Positions 13,675-27,312 of a DNA stretch of 64,000 nucleotides are shown here, piece after piece (position 1 is the first letter of the stretch; the number at the start of each line of letters is the position of its first letter). The stretch covers positions 48,610,001 to 48,674,000 of the forward strand of contig NC_045697.1 in the NCBI RefSeq assembly GCF_009834535.1. Reading direction: 5' to 3'. Below the pieces are notes generated by a model. That model was not told where the DNA came from. It worked only from the letters and a program-made list of their open reading frames with translations, and did not search any database. Position numbers and translations under genes: made by a program. Source of the stretch: Camelus ferus (Eukaryota).

Positions 13675-13890
13675 TAAGTGATAGACTTTAGATAATAATA
13701 AATCAATGGTGGTTCATAATTGTAACAAATGTATTATACTTACGTAAGATATTACTAATAGGGGAAACTGTGTGTGGGTGTGTGTGTGTGTGTGAGTATA
13801 AGGGGTCATTTTAACTCTGTGAACTATTTGCTCAGTGTTTCTGTAAATCAAAAGCTGTTCTTAAAAAGTCTATTAATTAAAAAAAAAGAA
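13675..13890 (+). mobile_element. Old L1 (L1MC/L1MD-like) 3' end with internal (GT)n
   Basis: TGTAACAAATGTATTATACT...AATAGGGGAAACTG...CTGTAAATCAAAAGCTGTTCTTAAAAAGTCTATTAA and A tail. Confidence 0.65.
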
Positions 13891-15279
13891 GGGGAGTACA
13901 GAGCAAAGATGGGAAAACATTTACAAGGGACAGGAGTAGAGGGTAAATAGAGTTTGTACAGTTTTTCAAATTTCTTTAAGTTTGATTTATTTCAAACTAG
14001 AAATTTTTAAAAAATACATAACTGATTATCCCTTTCTTAAACCACATCTATCCTAAATGCCCACCAATAATTAATCCTGCAATTTCATAAGGGGATGTTA
14101 TCATTATATAAAAGATTGGTTCCCGCCAATGGGAATTTCAAATGGCCTGTTACTAGGCAGAATCCAAGCTCTCCACAACTGGGAAGGGGTTAGGGCTGAC
14201 CAAGGACAACCAGAGGCTGTTTCCCAGCCAGGTAAATAAAGGTGTGTCATCCAACAGGTATGTCCCAGCAGCCATTTGAGTTTTAAAGGGGTATCTTGAG
14301 CCTCTGTCCCTCTGGCAGTGGTTTTCAAAGGACCCCACATTCCCGATAGTCTGTTGCCCAGGGCCTTCTTCCTAACCACTCCCCAGCCCCACCAATTTCT
14401 TAGAAGTGGCCTTGGGGGCTAGGGAGAGGTGGGCGTGCACACAGGGACCAACACCTTAGCCTGCAGTTAAAAAAAATTATCAGCAACAGCAGCACAGAAC
14501 AGTTAACAGCTTTTTTTTTCTTACAAGCTCGATTTTGTGGCTCTGACTCCTGACCAATTATTGCATCTTAATTACGTGACTGCTAGAGAAGTAAGAACTC
14601 AGGCTGGTTACAAATAGAATGAAATTCCCTTTAGAACTAGGTGAAAGCTTCCAGCATAGATTTCCTTTACTTTTCATTGCCGACTCCAAGCAGTTGGACA
14701 TGTACTTGGCAAGGGCTGGGACTGTGAGCACATGGAGTATGTGGATGTCCCACTTTCTCGCCTCCAGGGCATCTCTGGGAGAGAGGAATCTGTGCCAGCC
14801 AGCCAGATTCTCACTGCACTCTCCAAGTTTTAAGATGATAAAATTACATTGACATGCAGATGAGACGTTATCATTGTTTGTCCATGTCCAAACAGTGACT
14901 GAATAGCAAAGTTTCTTGGAATTAGGAAAGGTTTTAAGTAGTTCTTTAGCTTGACTTTTATGTTTAACATACCATCAAAGGGGCCAGTTTAGAAATGATA
15001 AAGGTTCACCTACTGTGTTACTGTCCCAAGGCGGCAAGAGACAAGACATTTGTTAAAATTAAAAGCATAGGCGTTTTCTCTATTTTTCTATTTTCTATTT
15101 TTCCCTCAGAGCAAGCAAACCAAGGTGAAGTGCTCTGTAAAACTCCCAGCTTGGCATCACTGGAGTCCGCTGTGCTGTAGGTTGGCGAACTTTGCGGCAT
15201 TCATCTTCCAGAGCAGAGCTCATTACATTTGGCCACTTCTGAATTAGAAATAGGTCAAGACCTTAGAAAATATTAGAAA

Positions 15280-15460
15280 ACATGTTTTCTCACGTGTGGT
15301 CTATGGCTCATTTGCATCATTATTTTGCTTGTTAGATAAAAGTGGCTGATGCCTGAACTCCATCCCAGATTTAGCAAATGTGAATCTCTGGGGCCAGAAT
15401 TGGGGAATCTCTCTTAACCCAGAGGCTCTGGTAATTATTCTGCTCACTGAAGTTTGAGGA
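15280..15460. mobile_element. MER5-like hAT-Charlie DNA transposon relic
   Basis: TTCTCACGTGTGGTC ... GAATCTCTGGGG ... AAGTTTGAG resemble MER5 termini and core. Confidence 0.55.
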
Positions 15461-16249
15461 TGGGCTTTGCTCTACATTCCTCAGGCATTATGTAATAATT
15501 ATAAATGTGGAAAATTATAGATAAGAGTCTCAGTATTTCCATGAGTGTTAGAGTTAATTTTCTTAGTTAATTTGGGCTATTTTCTGAATTTCTGAACAGC
15601 ATTTCATAAAGCATTATAAATCTCTATCCCTATGCTCTCAAAGTGAAAGTCCTAAACAAAAACATCATCAGAGCTATCCCTTTTAGTCATGTGGGCTTTT
15701 AACATTTTTTTCATGTTATTTGCTTCAATGATTATTGTACTTAAAAATGATTATGATAATAAAATCATATTTAGAATTTGGAAAATAAAATAGAAGAGAA
15801 AACCCGTGCACTGCCCCACTGCACAAACCATACAGTGTTAGCCGTTTGATATATGTCTTATCGTAGGTTTGGGACTTTTTCCTCCTCTTTAGATAGTTGC
15901 AGTCATAGCATATTACAGTTTTTACTACATTATTCTAGATTCTTCTTGAACATTATTTTTAATATCTGTAGAATTTATGTAGCCATTCCTCTATTACCTA
16001 TTGAGGGAGCTTGTTTCCAATTTTTAATTTTTTATGATTAATTCTTCAGGTAAACATTTATGCATAAAACATTTCTGCATTTAGAATTATTTCCTTAGGA
16101 TTTGCAGAAGTGGAATTACTTGGTCAAAATGTAGCAGTTGCTTTTTGAAACATTTGTACAGATTAATGCAATTTCAATCTGGGCATAATAGGTGGTCCCT
16201 AAATTTTATACTTAAAAAAATCAGTCACTAAAATAATCATGAATGTTAA

Positions 16250-16300
16250 TGATATATGTATATGTATGTATATAGAGAGAATATTAGTGATATATATATA

Positions 16301-16334
<34 letters not shown>
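16250..16334. repeat. (TA)n/(TG)n compound microsatellite
   Basis: Directly visible dinucleotide runs. Confidence 0.9.
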
Positions 16335-16789
16335 AACAATTCACTAAGAATCATCCTTCAGTGACAACTTCATAAATCGATTTATGTAGGCTTCTAATAG
16401 TGGAAGAATTATGCAGCAAGTCTTTTGTTGCTTTGAATAGAATATATGCTGTAACTATTGATTCTAACAGGTGCTCACTGCATGCCTCCCAGATGCCAGG
16501 CACTGTGCAAGAGAATAAGGTACACATATTCCCTCTTAACACCCGTGGAATTCACAGACTAGGGTGTGCTGGTGGAAAGAGAAATAAACAAGTACAAAAT
16601 AATATGGTGAATGATGAGATAATATTCTTTATCTCATATTTCAGGGGCTTCTAATTTCATATCAAGCAGTCAGGGAAGGCTTCTTCAAGGAACAATGTCT
16701 AAGCTGGGACCTGAAAAGATGAATGTACCATGCTAAGGCCTGGCACATTCAAAATATCCCAGGGGCCAATGAAAACATCCTGGAGAGAA

Positions 16790-17690
16790 AATAGTTGGGC
16801 AGTTTTTTCAAAAAAGTTTAACATAGAGTCACCATATGAATTACCAAACCAATTCTACTCCTAGGTATATACCCCCCAAAATTGAAAATATATGTTCACA
16901 CAAAAACTTGTACACAAATATTCATAGCAGCATTATCCATTACAGCTGAAGAAATGGAAATAACCCTACAAGTGAACTTATTTACAAAACAGAAACAGAC
17001 TCACTGACATAGGAAAGAAACTTATGGTTACCAGAGGGGAAAGGGTGTGGGAAGGGGTAAATTGGGAGTTCGAGATTTGCAGATACTAACTACTATATAT
17101 AAAATAGATAAACAACAAAGTCCTACTGTGTTGCACAGGGAACTATAGTCAATATCTTGTTACAGACCATAATGGAAAACAATATGAAAAAGAATATATA
17201 TATATGTATAACTAAATCACTTTGCTATACACCAGAAACTAACACAACATTATAAATTAACTAACTTAAAAAAAAGAAGAAATGGAAATAACCCAAATGT
17301 TGAATTGATAAACAAAATGTGGTCTATTCATACAATGGAATGTTATTTAGTCATGAAAAGGAAACAAGTACTATTCCACACTACAACATGGATGAACGTT
17401 GAAAACATTATGCTAAGCAAAAGAATCCAGGCACAAAAGACCACATGTTTCATTTAATGAAATGTCTAGAGCAGGTAAATCCATAGAGACCGTGTAGATT
17501 AGCAGTGGTTGGGGGGTGGGTGTGGGGGGTATTTTGAATGACTGCTAATGGGTATGGGGTTTCTCTTATGGGTGATGGAAATGTTAGATAGTGAAGATGG
17601 TTGCGTGACATTATGAATCATTCACTTTAAAATGCTTAAAATGGTGAATTTTATGTTATATGAATTTTATCTCATGTTTTAAAATTGAAA
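16790..17690 (+). mobile_element. Old L1 (L1MB-like) 3' region, split by a younger L1
   Basis: AATTCTACTCCTAGGTATATACCC, CAAAATGTGGTCTATTCATACAATGGAATG, GGTGAATTTTATGTTATATGAATTTTATCTC. Confidence 0.85.
16967..17275 (+). mobile_element. Younger 5'-truncated L1 nested in the older L1
   Basis: GAACTTATTTACAAAACAGAAACAGACTCAC 3' UTR with A tail; perfect 19-bp TSD GAAGAAATGGAAATAACCC at 16948-16966 and 17276-17294. Confidence 0.9.
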
Positions 17691-18446
17691 AACAATGACA
17701 ACAAAACTGGAGCAAGAGCTCAGCACTTTTGAGAAACTGAAAGAAACTCTGAATTACAGGAAAGCCTGAAGCAGAGAGAGTGAATGGGGAATGGTCAGCT
17801 ATGAGCTGAAAAAATAACTGGGCCAGAGTTTGAAGGCCCTAAAACTATATTAGGGAGTTTGGCTTTACCCTGAGGCAAAGAGATGCTACTGGAGGAGATT
17901 CAGTAGGTTGGTGCCCTGACCTGATAATGTGTGTTTTCCGGTGTCTTCTGATGACAAAAGAAAGGGACAGAGAGGTTATTTTACCCGCGAGTTGTCAGTC
18001 AGGACTATTGCAAACTGACCTGAGGTCACTTGGTCATGCACAACACTTAGCTTCTTCTCAGAAGATGACAGTAACTGCTCAAGAAGTTTAAGGTACCAGT
18101 TACCTATCCGCCCACCCAACTCAATTGTGATACATAAATAACTCATTATAATAAAGGTAAGTCTCAGCCCAAATTCTGCTGCATGTTTTTCAAAAGAAGA
18201 ATCCATTAGAAAGCTGAGTACAGTTTGTAACACCTGTTCTGTAAGCTCAGTGAGGTTCCCAGGTCTCTAGTTTTTCTAGGTGCTTCAACCCCACTCTGCA
18301 TGAAAGGTTCCCACACACACAGTCTCCTCCAGTGGTTAACACCTTACATAACTACAGTATGAAATGTTTTAAATTACAAGAATACATCAGTAGTTTTCAG
18401 GAGACGTACATGATGTCTCTCCTGCTAATGCCATTACTGCAATTTT

Positions 18447-18580
18447 TTGTTTTGTTTGCTTTTTGGGGGGAGGTAATTAGATATATTTATTTTTTTCTTA
18501 ATGGAGGTACTCGGAGTTGAACCCAGTACACATGCATGCTAAGCATGCTCTCTACCACTGAGATATACCCTCCCCACCCA
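18447..18580 (-). mobile_element. Vic-1-like SINE
   Basis: Reverse-complement SINE body; 14-bp TSD ATTACTGCAATTTT at 18433-18446 and 18581-18594. Confidence 0.92.
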
Positions 18581-19492
18581 ATTACTGCAATTTTAAATGT
18601 ATCACTAGTGCATTTTACAGTTGACGTTCAATAAAATATTCTCAACAGCATCACTGTAATTTAAATTCTTCATGGCATTATTGTTATTAGTTATCTGATA
18701 AATCCTAGCGATAAAATTTACTCCTCTCTATGGTATTATAATTTTTGTGTTCTTAAAACTCGTCATACATTAAAAATGTAACAAAATGCAAACACACATG
18801 TAGTGTTGTTTTTGGAACACAGTGGGCTTTTGTTTCTATCTTAGAGGAGCTCAGATTCTTTAGGAGTGGCTGGTGATTTGTTAGATGGGAAAATCTGAGT
18901 ATCCTGATAATCCAACTCCTTTACTTTATAAATGAAGAAAAATGCCTAATTCGAGGTCACCCACCCCAGAAATTGACCCATCTTCTGACTTCCAAGCCAT
19001 CTCTCCATCAACAAGTCCCCTAGCCATGGCTGAACTACCTGGCTCACTCTTGTCAGTTCACCTGTTAGATGCTTATATATATATCTCAATATATATCAAT
19101 CACCATTCCAGACATTGGAGACACAGTGGTGAACCCAACACAGAAAAATGCCTGTCATCATGAAGTTTTTATTCTATTTTGGGGAAAAGGCAACAAACAA
19201 AAAGACAGATAAAATACCCAGTATGTCAGATTTTTCCAAGAAAAAAGAAATGGTATGGATGAGGATAAAGAGTGTCAGGGCAGTGTGGAGATTCAAACTT
19301 TTCCATGGGATGACCAGGAAAGATCTCACCCAAGACTATAATGTTCTTGATGCCAAGGTCTACTATGTCCTTATCATATTTATATATATCTTACAATACT
19401 TAGCACAGTGCTTTAAACATAGAAGACATTCAACATATATATTGAATTCAATATTTTCATAAATTGATTCTTGAAATAAAAACAAGCTAAGA

Positions 19493-19603
19493 GTAGGGGA
19501 AGGTATAGCTCAGTAGTACATGCTTACTGTACACAAGGTCCTGGGTTCAAGCCCCAGCCAGTACCTCTATTAAATAAATAAATAAATTTATTTATTTATT
19601 TAA
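19493..19603 (+). mobile_element. Vic-1-like SINE with palindromic tail
   Basis: GGGGAAGGTATAGCTCAGTAG...GGTCCTGGGTTCAAGCCCC; 15-bp TSD AAAAACAAGCTAAGA at 19478-19492 and 19604-19618. Confidence 0.9.
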
Positions 19604-22019
19604 AAAAACAAGCTAAGAAACCCCTTTTCTTTCAACAGAATGCAAAGAGTCATATAATTTCCATAAAGAAACTCCTTAATTATGAAGTAAACATTGTTAG
19701 TTATTGTTTTCCTATTTTTATTTTTTGTTAGGAATTTCATTTAAACAAATATGGTACATTGGATATATGTATTATTTGCCCACAATTAAAATTAAAAAAA
19801 GAAGCATATTTTAATAATCGGCAGAGTAGCTCTTCACACAACCGTAGCTTAGGCTGAGTTTCTCCTCTGACACTGAAATCAGTTGATGCGTCATGCCTGG
19901 AAGTAAGGGAAGAACTTTTCTCAGAAATTAGTTTACAATAAACCAGACAAACCACACACATGGGCAGATTTCCAATCCAATTTCTTTCCAGTATAAGAAC
20001 TGGAAATATACCCTGATTCCCTGGTGCTTTTCTCGTTTTTACCTAACCATTCCTAGGCTGGGAGGGATGACAATTACCAAAAAAGAATTTGTTAAACATA
20101 TCCTGCCAACAAGTTTTTTTCTGGTACAGAATGAAAGACCTAGTTCAGATATGCAATTAGCAGGTATTTATTAAGAGCTGACCACATGCAAGTCCCAGCG
20201 AGGGCTGTGAGGGTGCAAGAGGGCCCTGTGAGGGCTCTTAACTGGCAACTACTCATGCCCGTCATCCAAGAAAAAGAACAATCCCCTTTCTTTTTTGTGT
20301 CTTCATTAAACAATAGTTCATGATGGCTAACGTACTTCATTTGCTGTAGTGTCATTGAGAGCTTTCAGCCTTACTGTTGGAATACCTGCTTCTTGGCTCC
20401 ACCTCTTTCATTGTTTTAATTTCAAAAAATTATTGAGATGTAATTCACATAGCACAGTTCATTGACACACGCACACACAGAAGAAACTACAAAAAATTAT
20501 ACACACATGAGTGTAATTGCTGTGCTCATTGTTAGGGAGGACATAAGTTCTTCTATTTCATGTCGATCCTAGTCCTATAACCTTTCTTGGTGTGTGAATC
20601 CATTTCATTATTTTTGATTGTTCAAATAATTGACCACTTTAGATAGTACTGATTATTGAGAATTGTTCCTCTCACCCTAGAGTCCAGACTAGAGGTACTT
20701 GGGAAAGCTCCTTTGTCTCTTTTGTTGTAGAATGAGGAATAAATCAAGAATTTTTGAAGCAAAGAATAGTAAAGTGATTTATCTAAGGTTACACAGCTAA
20801 TAGTTCGTAGACTATTAGCTGGCCTGACTGACTTGCTGTTTCTATTATGTCATTTGCTCTCCCAAAACACTAGGGAGTGGGAATCACAGAGTTATTTTGG
20901 TACAATTTGTTCTCCATCAAATGTATTATTTTGGGGGACAGTGGGGAAAGATGGATAATCTGATCCAAGGCCATAGGATAAAAATAATATTTTATTTAGA
21001 ATTGATGCATTATTAGCCCCAGCTTAGTAAATGTAAGTGAGACACTTATTTGACTTCTTACAATTCTTGATTAACTAGTTTATTGTCAATTGCAGACAAG
21101 ATTTACAAAGTGGACCAAGAAATTTTCCCAGAAGTCTGTGGCTGCTACGCTAAGCTTCCAAGGAGCACTATTACTTCTTCCTTTCAATCTATAAATTGCA
21201 AATCATTGCACAAGCAACCCAAATAATTAGTGCCGAGTTACCTTTTGACCTAGTATGCCACTGATTTGCCTTTAATTCACTGGTCTCAATGTTCATCCCA
21301 AGCAGTTTTTATGCCACAATTTTTTCATTATTAAGTTTACCTTATTCCTCAGTTTGCTGAGTATAATTTTTCAGAAATGGTATAAAAGTGGTGGGTTTTC
21401 TGAGCCCTTGAATAACTGAGAACATATTTCTGTTGGCTTCCCATATGAGCAACACCTCAGCTGGGCATAGGTGCTTGGATCACAGGCCTTTCCCCTTTCA
21501 AGGTGTGGATACACATACAGACACTCCACTTATTAATGTAGAGCTGCAACATTTCACAAGTTCTAGTGAAAGAATCTATATAGATTACAAGAGGGACAGC
21601 ACAGAAAGCCTTAAACAGGAAGTTTAAGTGTTTTATATGCTTCCAAGGGTATCCACTGGTGTCTTTAAAAGTCTACTAAGGAGTCGTGGCTCTGGACTGG
21701 AGAGTGTGGGCTGAAGGTTGGAAAAGCGGTCAATTTCCATGGCAACATGAGTAAAACCTCCCCAGATAAACTGCCCTCCCTCCCTTCATTGCAATTTCAG
21801 GTTCAAAGTACAAAGATCTGAGGTCAAGTCTACTGCCAATAATGGAAAGGCATGGAGGCTGGGGCATAGTCAGATCCAGTGGAAGACAGAACTCAAAGTT
21901 CATTAATCCTTGCAGTGGACACTCCAAGGCCAATAAATGCCAGGATAATTTAATAATCCAATTCATTTCCATGACATAACTGTTGCATATGGCTTAGCAT
22001 ACCATGCTGTAATTGTAAT

Positions 22020-22220
22020 AATAGTTAACATATTTAATGTTTAATTCTCACAACAACCTTCAGAGGCCACAGCTCTTAGACCATTCCCATTTTATAGATG
22101 AAAAGACTAAGACAAAGAAAGGGCAAATCATTTGCCCAAGGTTACACCCTTAGCAAGTAGTAAAGCCTGCGATAAAACTTGTTGAGGCTGATGTCAAAGA
22201 ATTTGCTTCTCTCCACCACA
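22020..22220 (-). mobile_element. MIR relic
   Basis: MIR core CCCATTTTATAGATGAAAAGACTAAGAC...TTGCCCAAGGTTACAC. Confidence 0.7.
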
Positions 22221-22552
22221 TTATATTGATATAATGACATAGTAAAACCTTACCAGTGTAAATGTCTTTTTTAAAAACACCTTCATTGTGGTCTACTTCC
22301 TGTACAGTAAACTACACATATTTCAGATGTACAATTTGATGAATTTTGATAGATGTACACACAATGAAATCACCACCACAATCAAGATAGCTAACATTTC
22401 CATTACTACCCAAGGGGTGCAAATTTCAAACTGCAATTTCAAGTTACTATTGCATTATCTGTAAAAAAGAGAGTTTACTGTTTCTAATTATAAAGAATAT
22501 TGTGGGGAAATGTTTAATGAACACATTCATGACTACAAACAGACTTACCTTT

Positions 22553-23198
22553 TTATTTTAATTGAAGTATAGTCAGTTTGCAATGTTGTGTCAATTTCTG
22601 GTGTACAGCATAATGTTTCAGTCATATATATACATACATATATTCCTTTTCTTATTCTTTTTCATTATAGGTTACTACAAGATATTGAATATAGATATAG
22701 TTCCCTTTGCTATACAGAAGAAAGTTGTTGTTTATCTATTTTGTGTATACTAGTTAATATCTGCAAATCTGGAATTCCCAATTTATCTCTTCCAACCCCC
22801 TTTCCCCACTGGTAACCATAAGTTTATTTTCTATGCTGTAAGTCTGTTTCTGTTTTGTAAATAAGTTCATTTTTGTCTTTTTTTTTTTTTTTTTTTTTTA
22901 GATTCCACATGTAAGTGATATCATATGGTATTTTTCTTTCTCTTTCTGACTTGTTTCACTTAGAATGATGATCTCCAGTTCCATCCATGTTGTTGCAAAT
23001 GGTATTATTTTATTCTTTTTTTATGGGTGAGTAGTACTTTTTTATTCAGTCATCTGTCGATGGACATTTGGGTTGTTTCTGTGTCTTCGTTATTAAGAGT
23101 GCTTCTGTGAACATTGGGGTGTGTGTATCTTTTCAAATTAGAGTTCCCTCCAGATATACAGCCAGGAATGGGATTGCTGGATCGTATGGTAAGGACTA
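22553..23198 (-). mobile_element. 5'-truncated L1 (artiodactyl-type 3' UTR and ORF2 end)
   Basis: ATTGAAGTATAGTCAGTTTGCAATG, GATTCCACATGTAAGTGATATCATATGG, GGGATTGCTGGATCGTATGGTA; TSD ACTTACCTTT at 22543-22552 and 23199-23208. Confidence 0.9.
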
Positions 23199-23974
23199 AC
23201 TTACCTTTGACATCATTGAAGTACCTTTACTGAGTTCATCTGCTTCTGCTGCCTGCTGTTACATCATCCTGTCCCCTTTTGTGACTACTTCTGTTACTTC
23301 TCAACACATTTCTTAAAATTGAACATACTGTGAAGGGTTTTTAGATGAGATAGTCACTCAGTTTTCTTCTGAAGTTCTGTGATCCTGTGAGATTTGTTGC
23401 TAAAGAAAGGTGTTATGCCTATTAAAGTCATCCAAATAAATTTCAGTAATGAAATATGTTAGAAATGCCGAGGGGAAGCAGGTGCACCCACATACTACAT
23501 AGTTCATTCGTTCAATTTTTTTAAGAGCAGTTTGAATGTATGTGTGTGCGCTTGTGCATAGATATAAAAAGCTGGGTTTTTTTCCACTATTTAGAGGATT
23601 ATATCAGTTAGGAATGTTTTGGCCATAAATAACAAAAATCTTGACTTGGCTGACAGTGGCTTAAACACATAGGGATTTATGTTTCTGGCCTGGCAAGAGA
23701 TCTGGAGGTAGGCGGTTGCTGGCACGGGGTCAACAGTCCAACCCTGTTCAGGGTGGACCTCTGGGATGCTCGTAGCCTTTTTCATTTGGTCACAAGAAGA
23801 CTGCCTTTGGCAGCCACAAAAGTTCACCACCCAGATCTCTTGGTGCAGGAGGGAAGAGAGTTCACTGACAGCCCCAGCTCTCCAGATCTCCCGCAGTGTT
23901 TGCTCTGAGCAGCTCACAGCCAGTGACTGACACAGCGGTGGGTTATAGTGCAGGCCCGTTCCTGCAAGATGCTG

Positions 23975-24340
23975 AACAGGACATTAGTGGGATAACTGGC
24001 AACATCTGAATAAGGTCCATAGGTTAGAAAATAGTAGTGAATCAACATTAATTTCTTGAGTTTGATCATTGTTCTGTCAAAAAAAGTCCTTGTTTTTAGG
24101 AAGTATATACAGAAATGTTTAGAGCCAGAGGAACATTGTATCTACATCTTACTCGCAAGTGGTTCAGAAAGAAGTATACAGCAGGAAGGAATGGTAAACA
24201 TGGTACAGGGGAAAGAATGGTAAACATGGTAAATGTTAACATTTGGGGAATCTGGTATACAGAAATTCTTTTTTCTTTTTGCAACTTTTTGGGAGGTCTG
24301 GAGTTGTTTCAAACTAAAAAGTGAAACATTAAAAAAAAAA
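23975..24340 (+). mobile_element. Old L1 (L1MC-like) 3' end
   Basis: GGACATTAGTGGGATAACTGG...AATGTTAACATTTGGGGAATCTGG...TTGCAACTTTT...AAACTAAAAAGT. Confidence 0.65.
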
Positions 24341-25871
24341 AAACCCTCTGAGATTCAAACTAGATCTCACAACAGTTATGAATTTGTCAGGTTTTACAGT
24401 ACAATAATCGGGGGAAACATGATATGTTGTTACCAGTTTACCCTTTCTTGTATTGTATTTCTCTATCACTTAGAAGAAATAATAACCAATAATAACTTGC
24501 TACTTCTCAATGTAAATTAAAAAACAAAAACCAGTTTTTAAAGCCCTACTTTTGCAAGGGGAAACCAGTAGGAAGCAGAATTTGGTTGTTCAGGTGTAAC
24601 CGTGCTGGTGTACCTGCCCCTTCCTTTCCTTCTACTCCCTGCTGACCTATGTCCATCTCTGGGCTTTGTGGTCCCAACCTTAGTTCTTGTCCACTGGCCC
24701 TTTGGGCTTAGTACTTTGTGTTCACCCAGGATTGGGGCCTTGAAGCTCCTCTACATTAACTTTCGGTTCCAACTGTCTCTTTGCTATGGTATCTCTTATT
24801 TCTTTAAATAATATTCCTTGTCTAACCCTGGACCCTAGTTCCCACCCCTCTCTCCTATCCATTGACTCAGCAAAGCTTCAGTGATTCCCCTCTTTCCTCC
24901 CCCAAATGGACAGAAATAAAACTCATTTATTCATCCCTTCAGCAAATATTTCCCAAGGGTCTACTAAGAACCAGGCAGTGTTTTAGGCTCAGAGAACAAA
25001 ACAGACCAAAACTATGCCCTCATGTAGAAACTACATTCTAGTAGATGGAGGCAGAAAACAAAATAAATAGGCTGATACATAGTTTGATAGATGCAGATAG
25101 ATTGCTACCCAGAAAAATAAAGCTTGTCTTGTGGAGCCGTGGGTCCAGACCCAAGAGGCAGGGACTGAAATTGAGAGAAACCAGGAGGAAGATGTTCATT
25201 GTGAATCCTGAGAGATGAGCAGAGAATGCTTTTCTAGTAGGATAAACAAATGTCTATTATACAAGTCAAGCTGGCACAAGTGATTAAGTTCTTTCTAGGA
25301 AGGAGAATAAGCAAAGTGTAATTGGACCTTCTTGGAAAATAAGTGATGTGATCGTCTGATAGTAAAGATAAGAACTCTCTGAGAACTGGCATCCTGATTT
25401 CCAGCTGGGGTGGCCTGTGTGCTGCTACTAATTAGATTCCAGGGCCTGGGAACCTCAGGGTGTAATCTGCTATCTTCTCCAAGATGGAATCTGTGCTGCG
25501 GTTTACAAAGACATTAACAACGTCACGTGGCTCTTCCAACTGGGTCTGATTGGTCAGGTACAAGCTCAGTGTCAGTCGGTGATCATGTTTCATAGAGTTT
25601 GGATGGAGCAGCTGCCACAAGGGAGGAAAGGAATGGAACTTCTCTGTCTGTGCCCCTGCCCTTGCCCCAGCCTCAGGCCCTAAATATCCCAGAGCCGTCT
25701 TTAAGTTCCTCCCAGCCCCTCATCCTGCTCAATCCTCCCCCATAACAGGGATAGCAAAATCTACTCCAAAATTATCCTCACTCCATTATTTACCTTGTAT
25801 TTTTAAAAAATTCCATTCTTTCATGATAGGGACTGGCAGAAACAAAATGATCTGATGAAACTACCTCATTA

Positions 25872-26240
25872 CTGGCTGTTCTCAAAGTCGAGTGTACACA
25901 TCTGAGGGAATAAAATGGTGATTCCTGGGCCCCAGTCTAAATCTACTTAATCAGAATCTATGTGGTGGATCCAAGCAGCTGGTATGGTCACTAAACACTG
26001 AAAATTCCTGCTCTTTTCCATATCTGGGACTTCCCAATGCCTTTATAAAACAGGCACCTGTTTTCTAAGCATCCCTGATGATAAGACATACCTGGAACCT
26101 TGTTGAACAAACTCACTCAACAGGCCCTATCCAAACATCTGAATCAGAATCTCCAAGACAGAAGAGGTCTGGGAATCTGTTTTTTAAATCAGCCCCTTGT
26201 ATTTTTTTTTTTTTTAATAATCAGAGAAATCTGAGCATGC
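25872..26240. mobile_element. Two adjacent MER5-like relics
   Basis: GTTCTCAAAGT, GATTCCTGGGCCCCA, GAATCAGAATCT (twice), GGGAATCTGTTTTT. Confidence 0.55.
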
Positions 26241-26877
26241 TTCTAGGTGATTAAAAAAAAAAAAAAAGGACAGGGAGGTTACCGTCAGACTACCAGAGAA
26301 CACACATCATAGACAAGCCACAAATGGCTATCTTTGGATTAAGTGTACGGTTCAATCTGCTGTGGTCAGTTAAGCTGGGGTCACATGGCATAAAATATGA
26401 CCATGTCTATCATGGAAAGAAATGTCAGGGGTTCTAGAACCATAACAAAGACAACAAAAAGCAAAGGTGTGATCTAACTTCTGAGTAAAGTCTTAAGTGG
26501 TTTCAATTTATTGCTAATGAAATTGGTGACTCCAGTATGAATGAAGAAAGGATGTGAAATAAGGGGCATTTAAGCTGGACACTGAGAGCATGAATCGATG
26601 TCACAGTCTGAGTTTTCAGTGGTGGACTTTTTGTTCTTTGCTTGAACTATCCTGAGGGGATCGCTGATTTTTGCAGCTAAGGAGCTCAGAAGCAAAGGAA
26701 ATGGATATATCATAGAAGCTTTGATTCCACATTGCTTTCTGCATAAAATTCCTAAAAATCATGCCAGTGAGATAATAATCCCTAAATGTAAACCTGGAGC
26801 CCACTTCTATCCAGTGATTGCCTGGCACATTGCAAAGCTATGGGGCCCTGAGGCATGTTGTATGTTCCTCTAGACCA

Positions 26878-27312
26878 CAGATTTCCAACTTTTCAGTTTT
26901 AGGACACTTTTGCACTATTAAAAATTACCGAGAATTCCAAAGAGCTTTTATGTAGGTTGTATCTATTGATATTTACTGTATCTGAAATTAAAGCAGAAAT
27001 TTTTAACATTTTAATTTCTTTATTTTAAAATAGCAATAATAAATGTATATGTCAGCATAACTTTTTAAAATTCTGTGATAGAAGTGTCATTGTTTTACAT
27101 TTTTGCTGGCATCTTTAATGTCTGGCTTAATAAAAGACAGCTGGATTCTCATATCTGCTTTTGCGTTCGATCAGGTGTGACATCACAGGTCATGAAGCAT
27201 CTAGGAAACTCCATAGCACCCTCATGAGGGAACGAGAGTGAAAAAGGACTTATAGACTCCAAAGGGTTTTGGGAATTCCCAGATGTCCCCAAACCACATT
27301 CTAGATATTGCA
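26878..27312. mobile_element. hAT-Charlie family DNA transposon fragment
   Basis: AAAAATTACCGAGAATTCCAAAGAGCTTT...TCTATTGATATTTACTGTA...CAGCTGGATTCTCATATCTGCTT resembles a Charlie-type consensus. Confidence 0.6.
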
